Source: Mobula hypostoma
Lineage: Eukaryota
NCBI RefSeq assembly: GCF_963921235.1
Contig: NC_086108.1
Location: 13,268,001-13,332,000, forward strand
DNA length: 64,000 nt
Reading direction: 5' to 3'
Below the pieces are notes generated by a model. That model saw nothing but the letters and a program-made list of their open reading frames with translations, ran no database searches and was not told where the DNA came from. Of this stretch, positions 23,011 to 35,420 are shown one piece after another; position 1 is the first letter of the stretch; every line of letters begins with the position of its first letter. The position numbers and the translations under genes are program-made.

Positions 23011-24810
23011 AATAGATGTAAGAAATCCGCCTGGAAGGACCTAATAAATCTACCCTACGTGACACTTTGCACTAATCAGTTTCCTGTCTATGTTGGGCAT
23101 GTTGAAGTCACCAAGTGCATCAATTAAACCTTTCCATTATCTGCTTGCATATCTGTTTCTCAATGTTTCCTTGGCTGCTGGGGGTCTGTAGTATTAATCC
23201 CGTCAGACTGATTACACCTTTCTCAACCTTGTGTACCACCCATACACATTAAGTGGATGCAGACTTCCTCTGGGTGCAGCCGTGATATTGCCCCTAATTA
23301 ATCGTGCAACCCCAATTCCTAAGTACATCAGATTCCAGCTCCAGTTCATAACGAGATAAGTCAGGAGTGTAGCTGGACCCACTGGCCTCCCACAGGCTGC
23401 AGAAGGAGCATGCCACTGCCTGACGTGCCATCCCAGCTACTCCAATCAGAATAGTAATTTTGACAAGAGCCATACCTGCTCTTAGCTGTTCTACTCAGCC
23501 ATCTCACTGGATCTCCTTAAAGCAAAGTCTCTGCACTTACTCTCAGCACCTACAGTTTAAATATAGCCACTCTCCAAAACAGCCAGTGCAAAACTGCTAC
23601 TCTGCTAGAAGCTGCTTCCCTTTAATATCTGGAAAAACAACATTCAAAATGCTGCTTGCTCCTTCTCTCTGCTGCTAAGTCTGCTGGGCCTGGGACATGT
23701 CATAATTTTCCATCTCTTAATTCCCACAAAGTCCATATTCTTCCTTATTCAGGAAGAATGAATTTGAAATTTACTTTGCAATTTGCTCCCAAAATGTCCT
23801 TTCACTGAAGGGCCAGTCCATGTCTAGATTCAAGTAACCATCTTGAATTAATTCTGTCCCATCTGAATCTTTTGCACTAAGGAAGTCCTAGACTGGGGGA
23901 GTTAAAGTCACCCACCACAACAGCTCTGTTACTCTTACATCTTTCCATAATGTGCTCACATAGCTCCCATTGGCTATTGATAGAGGCATCCCATCTTAGT
24001 AATTGTACCTATCATTCCTGAACTCTACTCACGTTGTCTCACTGGATGGGTCTTTTAGTATATCCTCTCTAAGTGCAAATGTGTCATTCTCTGTGCAATT
24101 TCTCCAACTCATTTATATGCCTCTCTATCATATCAAAATCCTGGGACATTAAGCATGTAGTCCTGTCCCTCCTGCAACAACTAATACCACAACTTTGTAT
24201 TTCAATCTACTGATCTAGGCTCTAAGTTCACCTGCCTTACACATAACACTCTACATTAAATCAAAGGCACTTCAATCTATCAGTCTCACCATGTTCACTA
24301 ACCTGGCCCTGCCAGCCCTTGCATTCAGACCTAATAGTCCCAACATGTTTCCAACCACTCCATTTGCAGAGCGTGGTTGAGGGATTAGATAGCTTCTTCT
24401 GGTCCCTAAATCCTATGTGCTTAAAATACCTTTTGAATACAGTTGATGGTAATTAAAATAGACTCTGTAAGATGAGAAGATCAAAATCCTCCTTTATCAA
24501 CAAATGTTCTGCTCTCAGTGTAACAGTATTGCATTGAGTATAGGTGTTGAGGTATTATGTTGCATTTGGACAAGATGTTAGTGAGACCACATCTGAATGG
24601 CAACGTATAAAATCATGAGGGGTATCAACAGGGTTAATGAGCACTAACTTTTTTTTTGCAGGAAAAAGGAACCAACAAATGAAAGGCATGGGGTTAAAGT
24701 TAGAAGGGAAAGACTTAAAGGCGGCAACTTCTTTACATAGAGAGTGGTCTGTAAATGGAATGAGCAGCTATGGGAAATGGTTGAGGTGGGTACAAAGACA
24801 ACATTTAAAA

Positions 24811-24890
24811 CAGGGGTTCCCAACCTTTATTATACCATGGACCAATACCATGAAGCAATGGGTTCATGAACTCCAGGCTGGGAAACCTTG
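24811..24890. mobile_element. ~80-bp hAT (Charlie-like) MITE inside an old CR1 3' fragment
   Basis: CAGGGGTTCCCAACC...GGCTGGGAAACCTTG; 8-bp TSD ATTTAAAA/ATTTAAGA. Confidence 0.75.
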
Positions 24891-25702
24891 ATTTAAGATA
24901 TTTGGACAGGTTTATAGATTGAAGATGTTTAAAAGCAAAACACAGTCAAATTGAACTAATTTAGATGGACACCTTGTTCTGCATGGATGAGTTGGCCTGA
25001 AGGCCCTCTTTCTGTGAGGCGTTAAGACTATTACTCTAAAGCTTAAGGGCATCAGTTTGGTTTTAAGAAGGGTGAGGCTGAGTGGGCTCTTAAAGAAGAA
25101 ATGTAGTTGGAAAGTGCAACGCAATACCTGAGTGGGTAGTGGAGAGGCAGGACTTCTCTACATTTAACAGGTAGTACAGATTCACCAAGGCAATGGACCA
25201 AGTACTGGGAAATAGGATTAGTTATGGCATGAACATGGTGTGCCAAAGGGTCTCATTCCTACTGATTGACTCCGTCTCAATGACTTTAGTAAGCATCTGT
25301 GACCCCTCAAAACAGCTGCTTTTTGTTCTATGCAATGTCTCAAAAGTCAAGCAATATCGATAAGGAGAATGTTGTTCACTTGTAACGTTATTCCTTGGTC
25401 TGGGATGAACCACAAGTATGAGATGTATAGGCAATAGACGTTCTGCAGAAATATTCAGGTGAACTGACAAATCATGGAAGACTTGCCACCACAACTAGTT
25501 CAGCACAACAAGAGGTAAGGGCTCAACATTAACAAATCTTTGCTCTCAGACCAGGGTTGCCCAGGTCATTAACAGGGGAGAATTGAACATCTGTTGAAGG
25601 AGCCTGAACTACAATGATTGGTTCTTTAATTAAATACCACATCTATGAAGCATTGAGGATTAAATCAAGCTATTAGAAAAGCAGGAACTGCCCACTTATG
25701 CA

Positions 25703-25792
25703 CTAGATTCCTCCAAAATTATGAGGTCGGATCTTCATCTCAATAAATGGTATGGAAACTTCGTGACCCTTCCAGTGATACCAATTTATTCC
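25703..25792 (-). CDS. TNR: Tenascin (tenascin-R-like) terminal coding exon, end of the fibrinogen-like domain
   Basis: Acceptor CTTTACAG, then [29 protein letters not shown]; phase 0, consistent with the preceding exon. Confidence 0.85.
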   Translation of the reverse strand, partial: GINWYHWKGHEVSIPFIEMKIRPHNFGGI

Positions 25793-26060
25793 CTGTAAAG
25801 TTAAAGTGGAACATTAGTAAGTACATCAAACAATTTCAGACAAGACATTGAAACATATCTACATATATTCACTGATAACTACCATCACCCAGTACCTCAA
25901 CTCATAACCACTCATTAATCCAACTAAAAACCAAAGCAAGTGTGCCAATCATTTTGAATACCTGGTGAGCTCAAACAATCAGTCCCAACATTAAATAGAA
26001 AAATCACAGAGAGTCACAATCAGCCCAAACAACATTTGTCACCACATGACTGTTCCTTAC

Positions 26061-26224
26061 CTGGCTGTGTCGGTTCTCTCCATATTTCCCATTCAGATTG
26101 GCACGGTGACAGTTTTTGTACCACCAGGCGCCTTTGTACGACAAGGCACAGTTTGTGATAGCGACATCATTGTCATGATCCTTTGTGGAGAATGGGCGGC
26201 CTTGGTGATAGGAGAGGGAATCGC
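26061..26224 (-). CDS. TNR: Tenascin (tenascin-R-like) penultimate coding exon, 164 bp
   Basis: AG...GTAAGG boundaries; (G)[63 protein letters not shown] and [13 protein letters not shown] are TNR-type by recollection of the family. Confidence 0.88.
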
Positions 26225-26769
26225 CTGTGCAATCAAAATCAGAAGGTTTTCATTGGATAATTCAAGGAAAATGTGTGTAACTTGCTGTTAGCAGCAGTGA
26301 CTGCCGGGGTAGTTCTAAAGTTAAACTGTGAACTACACTAAAGTTAAAGAGTAGCTCACAAGAGAAGTGCAGACAGCATCAACTGTCTGCACAGTACAGT
26401 ACTGTGAATTGTTCCTTCAGGGAAAGCTGGAATTAAGTAAACTGCATTAAATGTAGTTCAGAGAGAAGTTCATGTGAGTAGATATCAAATTACAGTAAAG
26501 GGTTAGATCTATGTGAACTACAGTCATATGATTTATATCAATGATCTTCAGTAAATTCATATAATAATTTATGATTATAGTTGTGTGTGTCACATTATTC
26601 CCCATAACTTCTGGTTGTTCCAATATTGTGCTGTTCTGTCAACAAAGAACATGAAACAGTACACACAGTAAGAGGCCCCTTGGTCCATCATATTTGTGCT
26701 AACCATTATTCAGATTTAAACTAATCCCATCTCCCTGCATATTGACCCTCTATTCCTTGCCGGTTCCTG

Positions 26770-28842
26770 TTTTAACAAGTTAAGAGCCCATGGTATTAAA
26801 GGAAAGATACTAGCATGGATAAAGTATTAGTACTAACATGAGAGTATTCGGGCAGTGCGCAAATCAGCCCTCTTGTGGTTTTTGATCTCGTCACTTAAGA
26901 TTCAATTTTACGCAACCCTGCCACTTTGACCTGGCCCACGCCTTCATTAACCAGCTCCAACACTTGCCTTTCTTGGATTTTGCCCCTCCTGACAAAGGTC
27001 ATCGGGTTTGTGGGGGTGTGGCCAGGGTTAATCAGGATGTGCCTAGGGTTTGTGGGGCTGATTGGCAGGAGGCAAAGTGTGAGAATAAAGGGAGCTTTCT
27101 CTGCTTGGCTGGCAGCGACTGTTGGTGTTCCATAGGGGCCTATGTTGGAACTGATTCTTCTCACGTTATACGTTAATGATGTGGATGATAGAATTGATGG
27201 CTTTGTTGCAGAGTTTGTGGATGATAAAAACACTTGCAAAATGCACCACCTCATCAGACTCACCACTGCCCTTGGCAGCGCATTCCAGGCACCCACCACT
27301 GTCTGTGTAAACAAAAAAATACCCATGCATCTCCTTTCTACCCTGGGAAAAAGACTCTGACAATCTACCCTATATTTGCCTCTTATAATTTTATAAACTT
27401 CTGTCAGGTCATACCTCAACTTCTGAAGCTTCAGAGAAAACAATCCAAGTTTGTCCAGCTGTCTTTCACAAGGTCCCATATGGAAGTTTGGTCAGAAGGT
27501 TCAGTCCCTTAGCATTCAGGATGAGGTAGTACATTGGATTGGACATCGGCTTCACAGAAGAAGCCTGAGAGTGATGTAGATGATTGCCTCTCTGAAGGCC
27601 TGTGACTAGTGGTGTGCTGCAGGAATCAGAGTTGCGTCCATCGTTGTTTGTCATAAATATCAACAATCTGGATGATAATGTGCTGAACTGGATCAGCAAA
27701 TTTGTAGATGACACCAGGATTGGGAGTGTAGTGGACAGCAACGAAGGCTATCAAAGCTTGCGGCGGGATCTGGATCCGCTGGAATAAATGTGCTGAAAAA
27801 TGGCAGCTGGAACTTAATGCAGACAAATGTGAGGTGTTGCACTTTGAGAGGACAGACCAAGGTAGGACTTCCACAGTGAGCTGTAAGGCACTGAAAACAG
27901 AGAGATCCAGGAACGCTGATCCATAATTCCATAAGATGACAAGATGTAGGAGCAGAATTAGGCCATTTAGCCCATTAAGTCTGAAATCATCATGGCTGAT
28001 CCATTTTCCCTCTCAGCTCCAATTTTCTGCCTTCCCCCTGTATCACTTCATGCCCTGACTAATCAAGAATGTATCAATCTCTGCCTTAAATATACATAAA
28101 GACTTTCCTCCACAGCTGCCCATGGCAATGAGTTCCAGATTCACCACTCTATGGTGAAGGAAATTCCTCCTCATCTCCATTCTAAAGACACGCTCCTCTA
28201 TTCTGAGGCTGTATCTTCTGGTCTTAGACTCCTCACCACAGGAAACCTCATCTCCACATCCACTCTACTGAAGTCCATTCAATATTCTATAGCTTTCAAT
28301 GAGGTCACCCCTCCACCTACCTTCGTATCATCCACAAACTCTGCAACAAAGTTATCAATTCTGTCATCCAAGTCATCAACATATAATGTAAAAATAAGCA
28401 GTCCCAACATAGATCCTTATGGAACACAACTAGTCACCGGCAGCCAAGCAGAAAGGGTTCCTTTAATTCCCACGCTTTGTATCTACTGATCAGCCAATGC
28501 TTTATCCATGCTAGTATCTTTTCATGGGCTCTTACTTGTGAAGCAGCCTCATGTGTGGAACCTTGTCAAAGGCCTTCTGAAAATCCACTGATTCCCTTTC
28601 GTTTATCCTGATTTTTATTTCTTCAAAGAATTCCAACAGATTTGTTGGGCAGAATTTTCCTATTTGGCCTATTTTATCATGCGCCTCCAACTATCCTAAG
28701 ACCTCATCCTTAACTATCAACTCCAAATTTTTCCCAGCCACTGAGGTCAGACTAACTAGCCTATAATTTCCTTTCTTCTGCCCCTCTCCCTTCTTGAAGA
28801 GTGGAGTGACATTTGCAATTTTCCAGTCTTCCGGAACCATTA
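26770..28842. mobile_element. Patchwork of CR1 fragments in alternating orientation
   Basis: Plus RT pieces ~26770-27230 and 27466-27930 (SKFVDDTRIG); minus pieces 27230-27465 and 27930-28842 (VPEDWKIANVTPLFKKG). Confidence 0.8.
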
Positions 28843-28844
28843 CA

Positions 28845-29785
28845 GGACGTGCACCTGGGATAGATCCCACTAGACTTGGGGACATAAACCTGGGATAGAT
28901 CGCACTAGGCTCCAGGGATGTACACCTGGGAAAGATCCCACTAGGCTTCAGGGATATGTACCTGGAATAGATCCCACTGGCTCCAGGGATGTACACCTGG
29001 GATAGATCCCACTAGGCTCTGGAGACATGTACCTGGGTTAGATCCCAACAGGCTCCGGGAACGTGTACCTTGGATAGATCCCACTAGGCTCCAGGGGCGT
29101 ACACCTGGGATAGATCCCAATAGGTTCCGGGGACATGTACCTGGCATAGATCCCACTAGGCTCCGGAGACATGTAGCTGGGATAGATCCCACTAAGCTTC
29201 GGGGTCGTGTACCTGGAATAGATCTGACTAGGTTCCAGGGATGTACACCTGAGATAAATCCCACTAGGCTCTGGGGACATACACCTGGGATAGATCCCAC
29301 TAGGCTCCGGGGATATGTACCTGGGATAGGTCCCACTAGGTTCCAGGGACGTGTACCTTGGATAGATCTCACTAGGCTCTGGGGATGTGTACCTGGGATA
29401 GATCCCACTAGGCTCTGGGGACGTACACCTGAGATAAATCCCACTAGGTTCCGGGGACGTACACCTGGGATAGATCCCACTAGGCTCTGGGGACATGTAC
29501 CTGGGATAGGTCCCACTAGGCTCCAGGGACATGTACCTGGGATAGATCCCACTAGGCTCCGGGGACATACACCTGGGATAGATCCCACTAGGCTCTGGGG
29601 TCGTGTAACTGAGATAGATCCCTCGAGGCTCCAGGGACATACACCTGCCTGGGATAGATCCCACTAGGCTCCAGGAACGTACACCTGGGATAGATCCTAC
29701 TAGATTCCAAGGATGTACGTCTGGGATAGATCTCACTCGGCTCCGGGAATGTACACCTGGGATAGATCCCACTAGGCTCTGGGGG
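28845..29785 (-). repeat. 36-bp minisatellite, ~26 copies, derived from CR1 ORF2
   Basis: Plus-strand unit CCTGGGATAGATCCCACTAGGCTCYGGGGACATGTA; minus translation is a 12-aa repeat SPEPSGIYPR(C/Y)(M/T). Confidence 0.92.
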
Positions 29786-29999
29786 AGGTATCCGCCTTAA
29801 TATATTCAATTGATCCTCAACAAGTGAAGTATAAAGTATAACATCAGCATCTTTTCCTGGATATTAATATGCTCCACTCACTATTCCTCCATGTCCTCAA
29901 TTTCATGATTTCATTAATAAGTGCTTATGGAATCCCCATTGGAGAGGTGTTGGTGTCCACCTGTGAACAGTGTAGCCTGTCCTCATAGCAGTCAGTGCT

Positions 30000-30380
30000 C
30001 TCTCACTTGGTTTCTCACCAGCACCTCTCCTCCTTTTTTGTGATCTCTGTCTTCATCTCAGGAGACATATTAGCCATTGATATCTTTGACTACACCTCCT
30101 CCCACCCTGTCACTTGCAAGGGTGCTATTCACTTTTCTGATTTTCTAACTTCTGGAAACCACTCCTACCTATTCCCCAGGCCACCCCTTTGTTACCCTTA
30201 TCCCTCTGATGCCATTGCTCTTGTCTCCTAGAACTGCCTATAACCCACACCTTCCTCCTTCTCGTTCCCCACCTCCTTCCTTTTAATCTTCTCCTATTCC
30301 ATTATCTTCAGTCCATTTCCTCTTCCACCTGTCATCTCCTAGCTTCTCAGCATTTCCACCCCCTCCTTTGCACTCTAACC
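30000..30380 (+). mobile_element. Penelope-like RT and 3' fragment
   Basis: DYTSSHPVTCKGAIHFS followed by a pyrimidine-rich 3' region similar to 16495-16760. Confidence 0.6.
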
Positions 30381-30389
30381 TTGATTCAA

Positions 30390-30640
30390 TGTCACCTGTC
30401 AGCAGAGAAGGGAAATGGGGAGAAGAAGAGTGCAGTGATGGTAGGGGATTCAATCCTTGGGGGAACAGACTGGAGATTTTGTGGACTTCAAAGAAGCACT
30501 TGGATGCTATGTTCCCTTCCAGGTGCCAGCGTCAGATTGAGTCTACAGCATTCTTCAGGCAGAGGGAGTGCAACCAGAAATCGTGGTACATATTGCTACC
30601 AATGAAATACCTATGAAAACGGATATGAGGTCCTGGTGTT
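30390..30640 (+). mobile_element. CR1 ORF1 esterase fragment
   Basis: AVMVGDSILGGTDWRFCG...MLCSLPGA, homologous to 9714-10043. Confidence 0.75.
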
Positions 30641-32044
30641 CATAGAGTCATCTGAATGATTTGAAATACGTTTACTTTAATACAAGAACTACCAGGAACA
30701 ATGCTGCTGAACTGAGAGCATGGATCAGTACTTGGAGCAACAATGTTGTGGTAATACAGAGACTTGGCTGTCTCATGGGCAGTAAAGGATGCTGGATGCT
30801 CAGGGAGCCATGAACTTGGATTAAGAAGCGACTGTTTGCATGCAGCTCCAATAGGAAACAACAAATATTCCCATTCAGGACTACTACAGTTAAAACCCAC
30901 AGTCACAGCCATGGGTATTACAGTGAGCAACATCGTTTTAAGATGTTTTATAAAACTATTGATACTCAAGATCGACAGATCTTGGACTGCAGACTCAGGT
31001 TGTGAGTGGAATTCCCCTTTAAGAAAACAGAAGCATGGAAGCCGAGTCAGTCTATAGGTATGATCCAAAAGCTCCACTCCCACTATCCTGTCAGCCAACA
31101 CAGTCCCTAGAAAATAAAATAGAAAATCTCAAAGCAAGATTGCAGTATTGCAGGGACAGTGGTGTACTTTGCTTCATGGAAACATGGCTATCACCCGCCA
31201 TTTCAGATGCAGCACTACAGCTTGAAGGCTTCATCATTCTCCACAATGACAGGGCAGCTCCGTCTTTTAAAGGCAGTAAAGGTGGAGTATGCTTTACGAT
31301 GAACTGATTGTGGTGCACCGATGTAGCGGTTCTGTCTCAGTTCTGCTCGCCCAACCTGGAACATCTAGCGGTCAAATGTCATCCATTTTATCTGCCAAGG
31401 GAACTTTCCACCATTATCTTTGTAGTGGTGTGTACATTCCAACTCAGGCCAACATCAGGTAGGCTTTGGAGCAGCTGTGCACGAAGCAGTGCACCCAGAT
31501 GTCTTCCCTGTCACTGAGGGGCATTTCAACCAGTTCAACTTGAAGAACAACTACCACCAACATATCACCTATGGAACCCGAGGAGCCAGCACACTTGACC
31601 ACTGTTATACCACCATCAAGGACGCTCACGGTGCCATCCCATGCCCACACTTTGAAAAGTCCAATCATGAGACTAAAGTTTGCAGCACCAGTGATAAGGA
31701 CCAAGACAGTACGCTTAAGGGAGTCAGAGGAGTGCTTACAGGATTGCTTTTAGTCAGTGAACTGGACAATATTCTTTGTATCTGAATGAATTTGCCACAG
31801 TTGTCACTGACTTCATCAAGACCTGTGTGGATGAGTGTGTGCTTTCGAGAACATGCCGGACATACACAAACCAAAAGCTATGGATGAACCAGGAGATTCA
31901 TAGTCTGCTGAGGGCTAGATCTATGACATTTAAGACCGGTGATCCAGAACTATGCAAGTTCAGATATGACCTACTGAAGGCTATTTTAAGAGCAAACAAA
32001 CAATTCTGATTGAGTTTAGAGATGGAATCAGATGCATGTTCACT

Positions 32045-32165
32045 CTCAAACAAGAGAAAATCTGCAGATGCTGGAAATCAAAGCAACACACAAATTGCAG
32101 GCTAGGCAGCATCTATGGAAAAGAGTAAATAGTCAACATTCTGAGCCAAGGCACTTCATCAGGAC
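32045..32165 (-). mobile_element. Penelope-like terminal repeat fragment
   Basis: Reverse complement resembles 33010-33140 (...TTTCCAGCATCTGCAGA...); degenerate CTGATGAAG core. Confidence 0.6.
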
Positions 32166-32989
32166 ACACCAACTTTAGTAGGGTTTGCAGGCCATTACTT
32201 CCTACAAAACTCAAAGTTTCAACGTACATTTATTATCAAAGAATGTATAAATTATACTACCTTGAGATTTGTTTGCTTACTGGCAGCTGCAAAGCAAAAA
32301 ACCTGGAGGAACCCAATTAAAAAAAATAAAGACCAACACACGATGCACACAGAGAAACAATAGAAGGGAACAACAACAACAACAACAGCATCAGAACCAG
32401 AATGATTCCTTAGATCCTAATCCCTGGAGCTGCTTGGAGTAGGCCAAGGCTTCAGTATTCAGTTCATCATATTAGCAGCACAAATCGCCACAAAGTTTGC
32501 AGTCAGAAAGCATAGCACCCAGGGGCAGTCTCACAGCCTTACCGTCGCAGAGAGAGGAGCCCTCACTCTATCTGGGCTGGCGTTTAAATTGTCCGAACAG
32601 CGGACCGTGCCTCGTATTAGGACCCTGGCTCTGTTGGAGTAAATTGCTCCGGGCCTAGATGGTGCTGCCGAAGAAACCATTGTTGACCTCTCCAAATCGG
32701 CTTGGCACTGAGAGTGATCAGCCTCGCACTGGGGTTAGTTGGATGGGCATCAGAATGCCTAGGTTCCGTCTCCTCTCCTCCGAATCGTCCACTTCAACCA
32801 GCATGGCTCCATCTCCAAGTGCATCGATTTTGCAGCGCACCATCAGGGCACATCTCTCGAGCTTGCTTTGACTTTGCTCACCTCTTCATTGTATGTGGTG
32901 ATTGTTTACTACAATTTACTTAAGAAAAGTGTTATTAGGAATGTTTTTAATCAACTCTGTTTGCTTTCAAACTACCTAAGCCTTCGGTA

Positions 32990-33140
32990 ACACACATCAA
33001 AGTTGCTGGTCCTGACGAAGGGTCTCGGCATGAAACGTCGACTGTACCTCTTCCTAGAGAGGCTGCCTGGCCTGCTGCGTTCAGCAGCAACTTTGATGCG
33101 TGTTGCTTGAATTTCCAGCATCTGCAGAATTCCTCGTGTT
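32990..33140 (+). mobile_element. 151-bp Penelope-derived mini-element with internal inverted repeat and 13-bp flanking duplication
   Basis: TAAGCCTTC(G/A)GTA at 32977-32989 and 33141-33153; AACACACATCAAAGTTGCTG inverted against CAGCAACTTTGATGCGTGTT (~33085-33104). Confidence 0.75.
33008..33043 (+). ncRNA. Minimal type I hammerhead ribozyme motif (Penelope-type)
   Basis: GGTC-CTGACGA-AGGGTCTCGGCAT-GAAAC-GTC-GACT: core boxes CUGANGA and GAAA, GUC cleavage triplet, stem I GGUC/GACU, palindromic ACGU in place of stem III; one mismatch in stem II. Confidence 0.6.
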
Positions 33141-33621
33141 TAAGCCTTCAGTAGCGCCATTTTAACGTCATGAATGGCAGTGATGTTTCACTTCCAGACG
33201 AGCTCAACGCCTTTTATGCACGCTTTGAAAGGGAGAATAAAACTTCACCTGTGCAAATCACTGCAGCATCTCGTGACCCTGTCATCTCTGTCTCAGGAGG
33301 GTGAACTCTTGCAAGATGTTAAGCCCTGATGGGGCTCTGAAAAGCTCTGCCAAGCGACTGGCAGGAGTGTTTAAGGTCATTTTTAATCTCTCACTGCTGC
33401 AGTCATACCAGTGCCCAAGAAGAGCAGGGTGACCTGCCTCAATAATTATCACCCAGCGGCACACATCTACTGTGATGAAGTGCTTTGAGAGGCTGCTTAT
33501 GGCTAGAATCAACTCCTGCCTAAGCAGGGACCTGAACCCGCATCAGTTTGCCTATTTCCACAATAGGTCTACAATGGATGCAATCTCTCTGGCTTTCCAC
33601 TTTGCCTTGGATCATCTAGAC

Positions 33622-33700
33622 CAAGGTTTCCCAACCTTTTTTATGCCATTGACCCCCACCATTAACCAAGGGGTTCGTGGACCCCAGGTTGGGAATCCCG
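33622..33700. mobile_element. ~80-bp hAT MITE (same family as 24811)
   Basis: CAAGGTTTCCCAACC...GGTTGGGAATCCCG; imperfect TSD ATCTAGAC/ATCTGAC. Confidence 0.7.
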
Positions 33701-35420
33701 ATCTGACAAAAGCGGTATCTAAATCAGGCTGTTGTTTATTGATTACAGCTCAATGTTCAACACAACCATACCCTCAGTTCTAATCAACAAGGTCCAAAAC
33801 TGGGGCCTCTGTACGTCCCTCTGCAACTGAATCCTTGGCTTCCTCAGTAGGATACAATAGTCTGTGTAGATCAGAGATATCGTCTCTTCCTCAATCAACA
33901 ATAATACACCTCAAGTATGCATGCTTAACCCATTGCTCTACTCTCTCTACACCCACAACTGTGTGGCTCGGCACAGCTGAAGCACCATCTCTTGCCTGTT
34001 CACAGTTAAATATCAATTAAATAAAAGCACACACATGGGAGATGGCTTTAACTGGTGTAACGGTGCCTGTTCTGGTGCATTTTGAACTTCGTGGCATACT
34101 GAACAGCTTTTGGCCAAGTCTTCAATCTGCTTATCTGTTTCCAGCCACCAAATGTAGTTTTGGGGGGAGACTGTTCATCTTGACTGTACTCAGGTGTCCT
34201 TCATGCAGATTTTCTAACACTCTGGTGCACAGTTTAGAGGGAGCCACAACACAAGATCCACATATCAGTGTTCTTTTATATACCAACAGTTGGACTTGTC
34301 TCATTGAGAACTCTGGAAACATAGTGTTACCATGAGCTGGCCATCCTTGAATGGTGACATCATAGACTTTTGACAATGTTGGGTCATTCCCTGTTTCCTT
34401 TTGTATTTCAGAATTTGTTACCAGCAACTGGACCACCAGTGTTGTGTGGAACACTTCCACTGGGTCACAGTATGAAGACTTTTCTTCTTCAGCTGCCAAC
34501 AGTGAAAGATGTGACAAGCCATCAGCGTTGCTGTGTTGTTTGGTACCCTTGAGTTATATGTCATAAGAGTGGGCTCCTAGGAATAGTGCCCAACATCATA
34601 ACCAGGTAGCAGTTATCACTGAAATTCCCTTCCTGGGATTGAAAACGGACACAGGGCTGGTGATCTGTCTCTAGCATAAACGTTTGTCTGTAGAGGAAGT
34701 GATGGAACTTCTTTATTCCCCATACTAGACTAGGGGCCTCTCGGTCAATTTGGGCGTAGTTGCGTTCTGCGCTCGTAAGTGATCTTGAAGCAAATGCAAT
34801 CAGACATTCAGATGCACCTTTCATAATGGGTGACAAACAGCTCCAATGCCATAAAGGGACACATCACATGCCATTCTGATGGGCAGGGTTGGGTCACAAT
34901 AGGTGAGCAGTTCATCGGATGTTATTCGTCTCTTTGTTTCCTTAAATGCTTTCTCACTTCTTTCTGACTATTCCCACTTTGCTCCTGACTGTAACAGTGT
35001 GTTCAATAGATGCAGCACTGTAGCAATGTTTGGGAGAAACTGGTGGTAGAAGTTTACAAGGCCCAAGTATGGCCTGAGTTATGACACATTTTCTGATTTG
35101 GGTGACTGTAGCATTGCTTCAGTCTTCTCTTGTGACTTATGTAAGCCATGCTTGTCACTAACATGTCACAATATGAGATTTCATTCTTCAAAACCTCATA
35201 TTTCTCTCTCTTTGCACACAGACTATACTCACTCAGCCTGGTAAGCACTTTACCAAGGTTCTGGAGGTGCTCTTCATCATTCTTGTCAGTCACAATGATG
35301 TCATCAAGGTAACATTGTGCTCTAGGGATATCTTAGAGCACTTGGTCCCTTTTCGCCAAATTGCTGGAGCTGATGCGACGCCAAAGATGAGACGATTATA
35401 CTGGAACAGTCCCTTGTGAG

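Larger units (their letters stand above)
31000..33990 (+). mobile_element. Decayed Rex1/Babar LINE interrupted by several insertions
   Basis: VLCFMETWL, GGVCF, CSPNLEHLAVKCHPFYLPRE, NQKLWMNQE, MKCFERL, DAISLA; homologous to 6748-9135. Confidence 0.85.

Noticed and set aside
28845..29785. CRISPR-like array (36-bp palindromic repeats)
   Set aside because: Units are contiguous with no unique spacers, there are no cas genes, the context is vertebrate, and the unit derives from CR1
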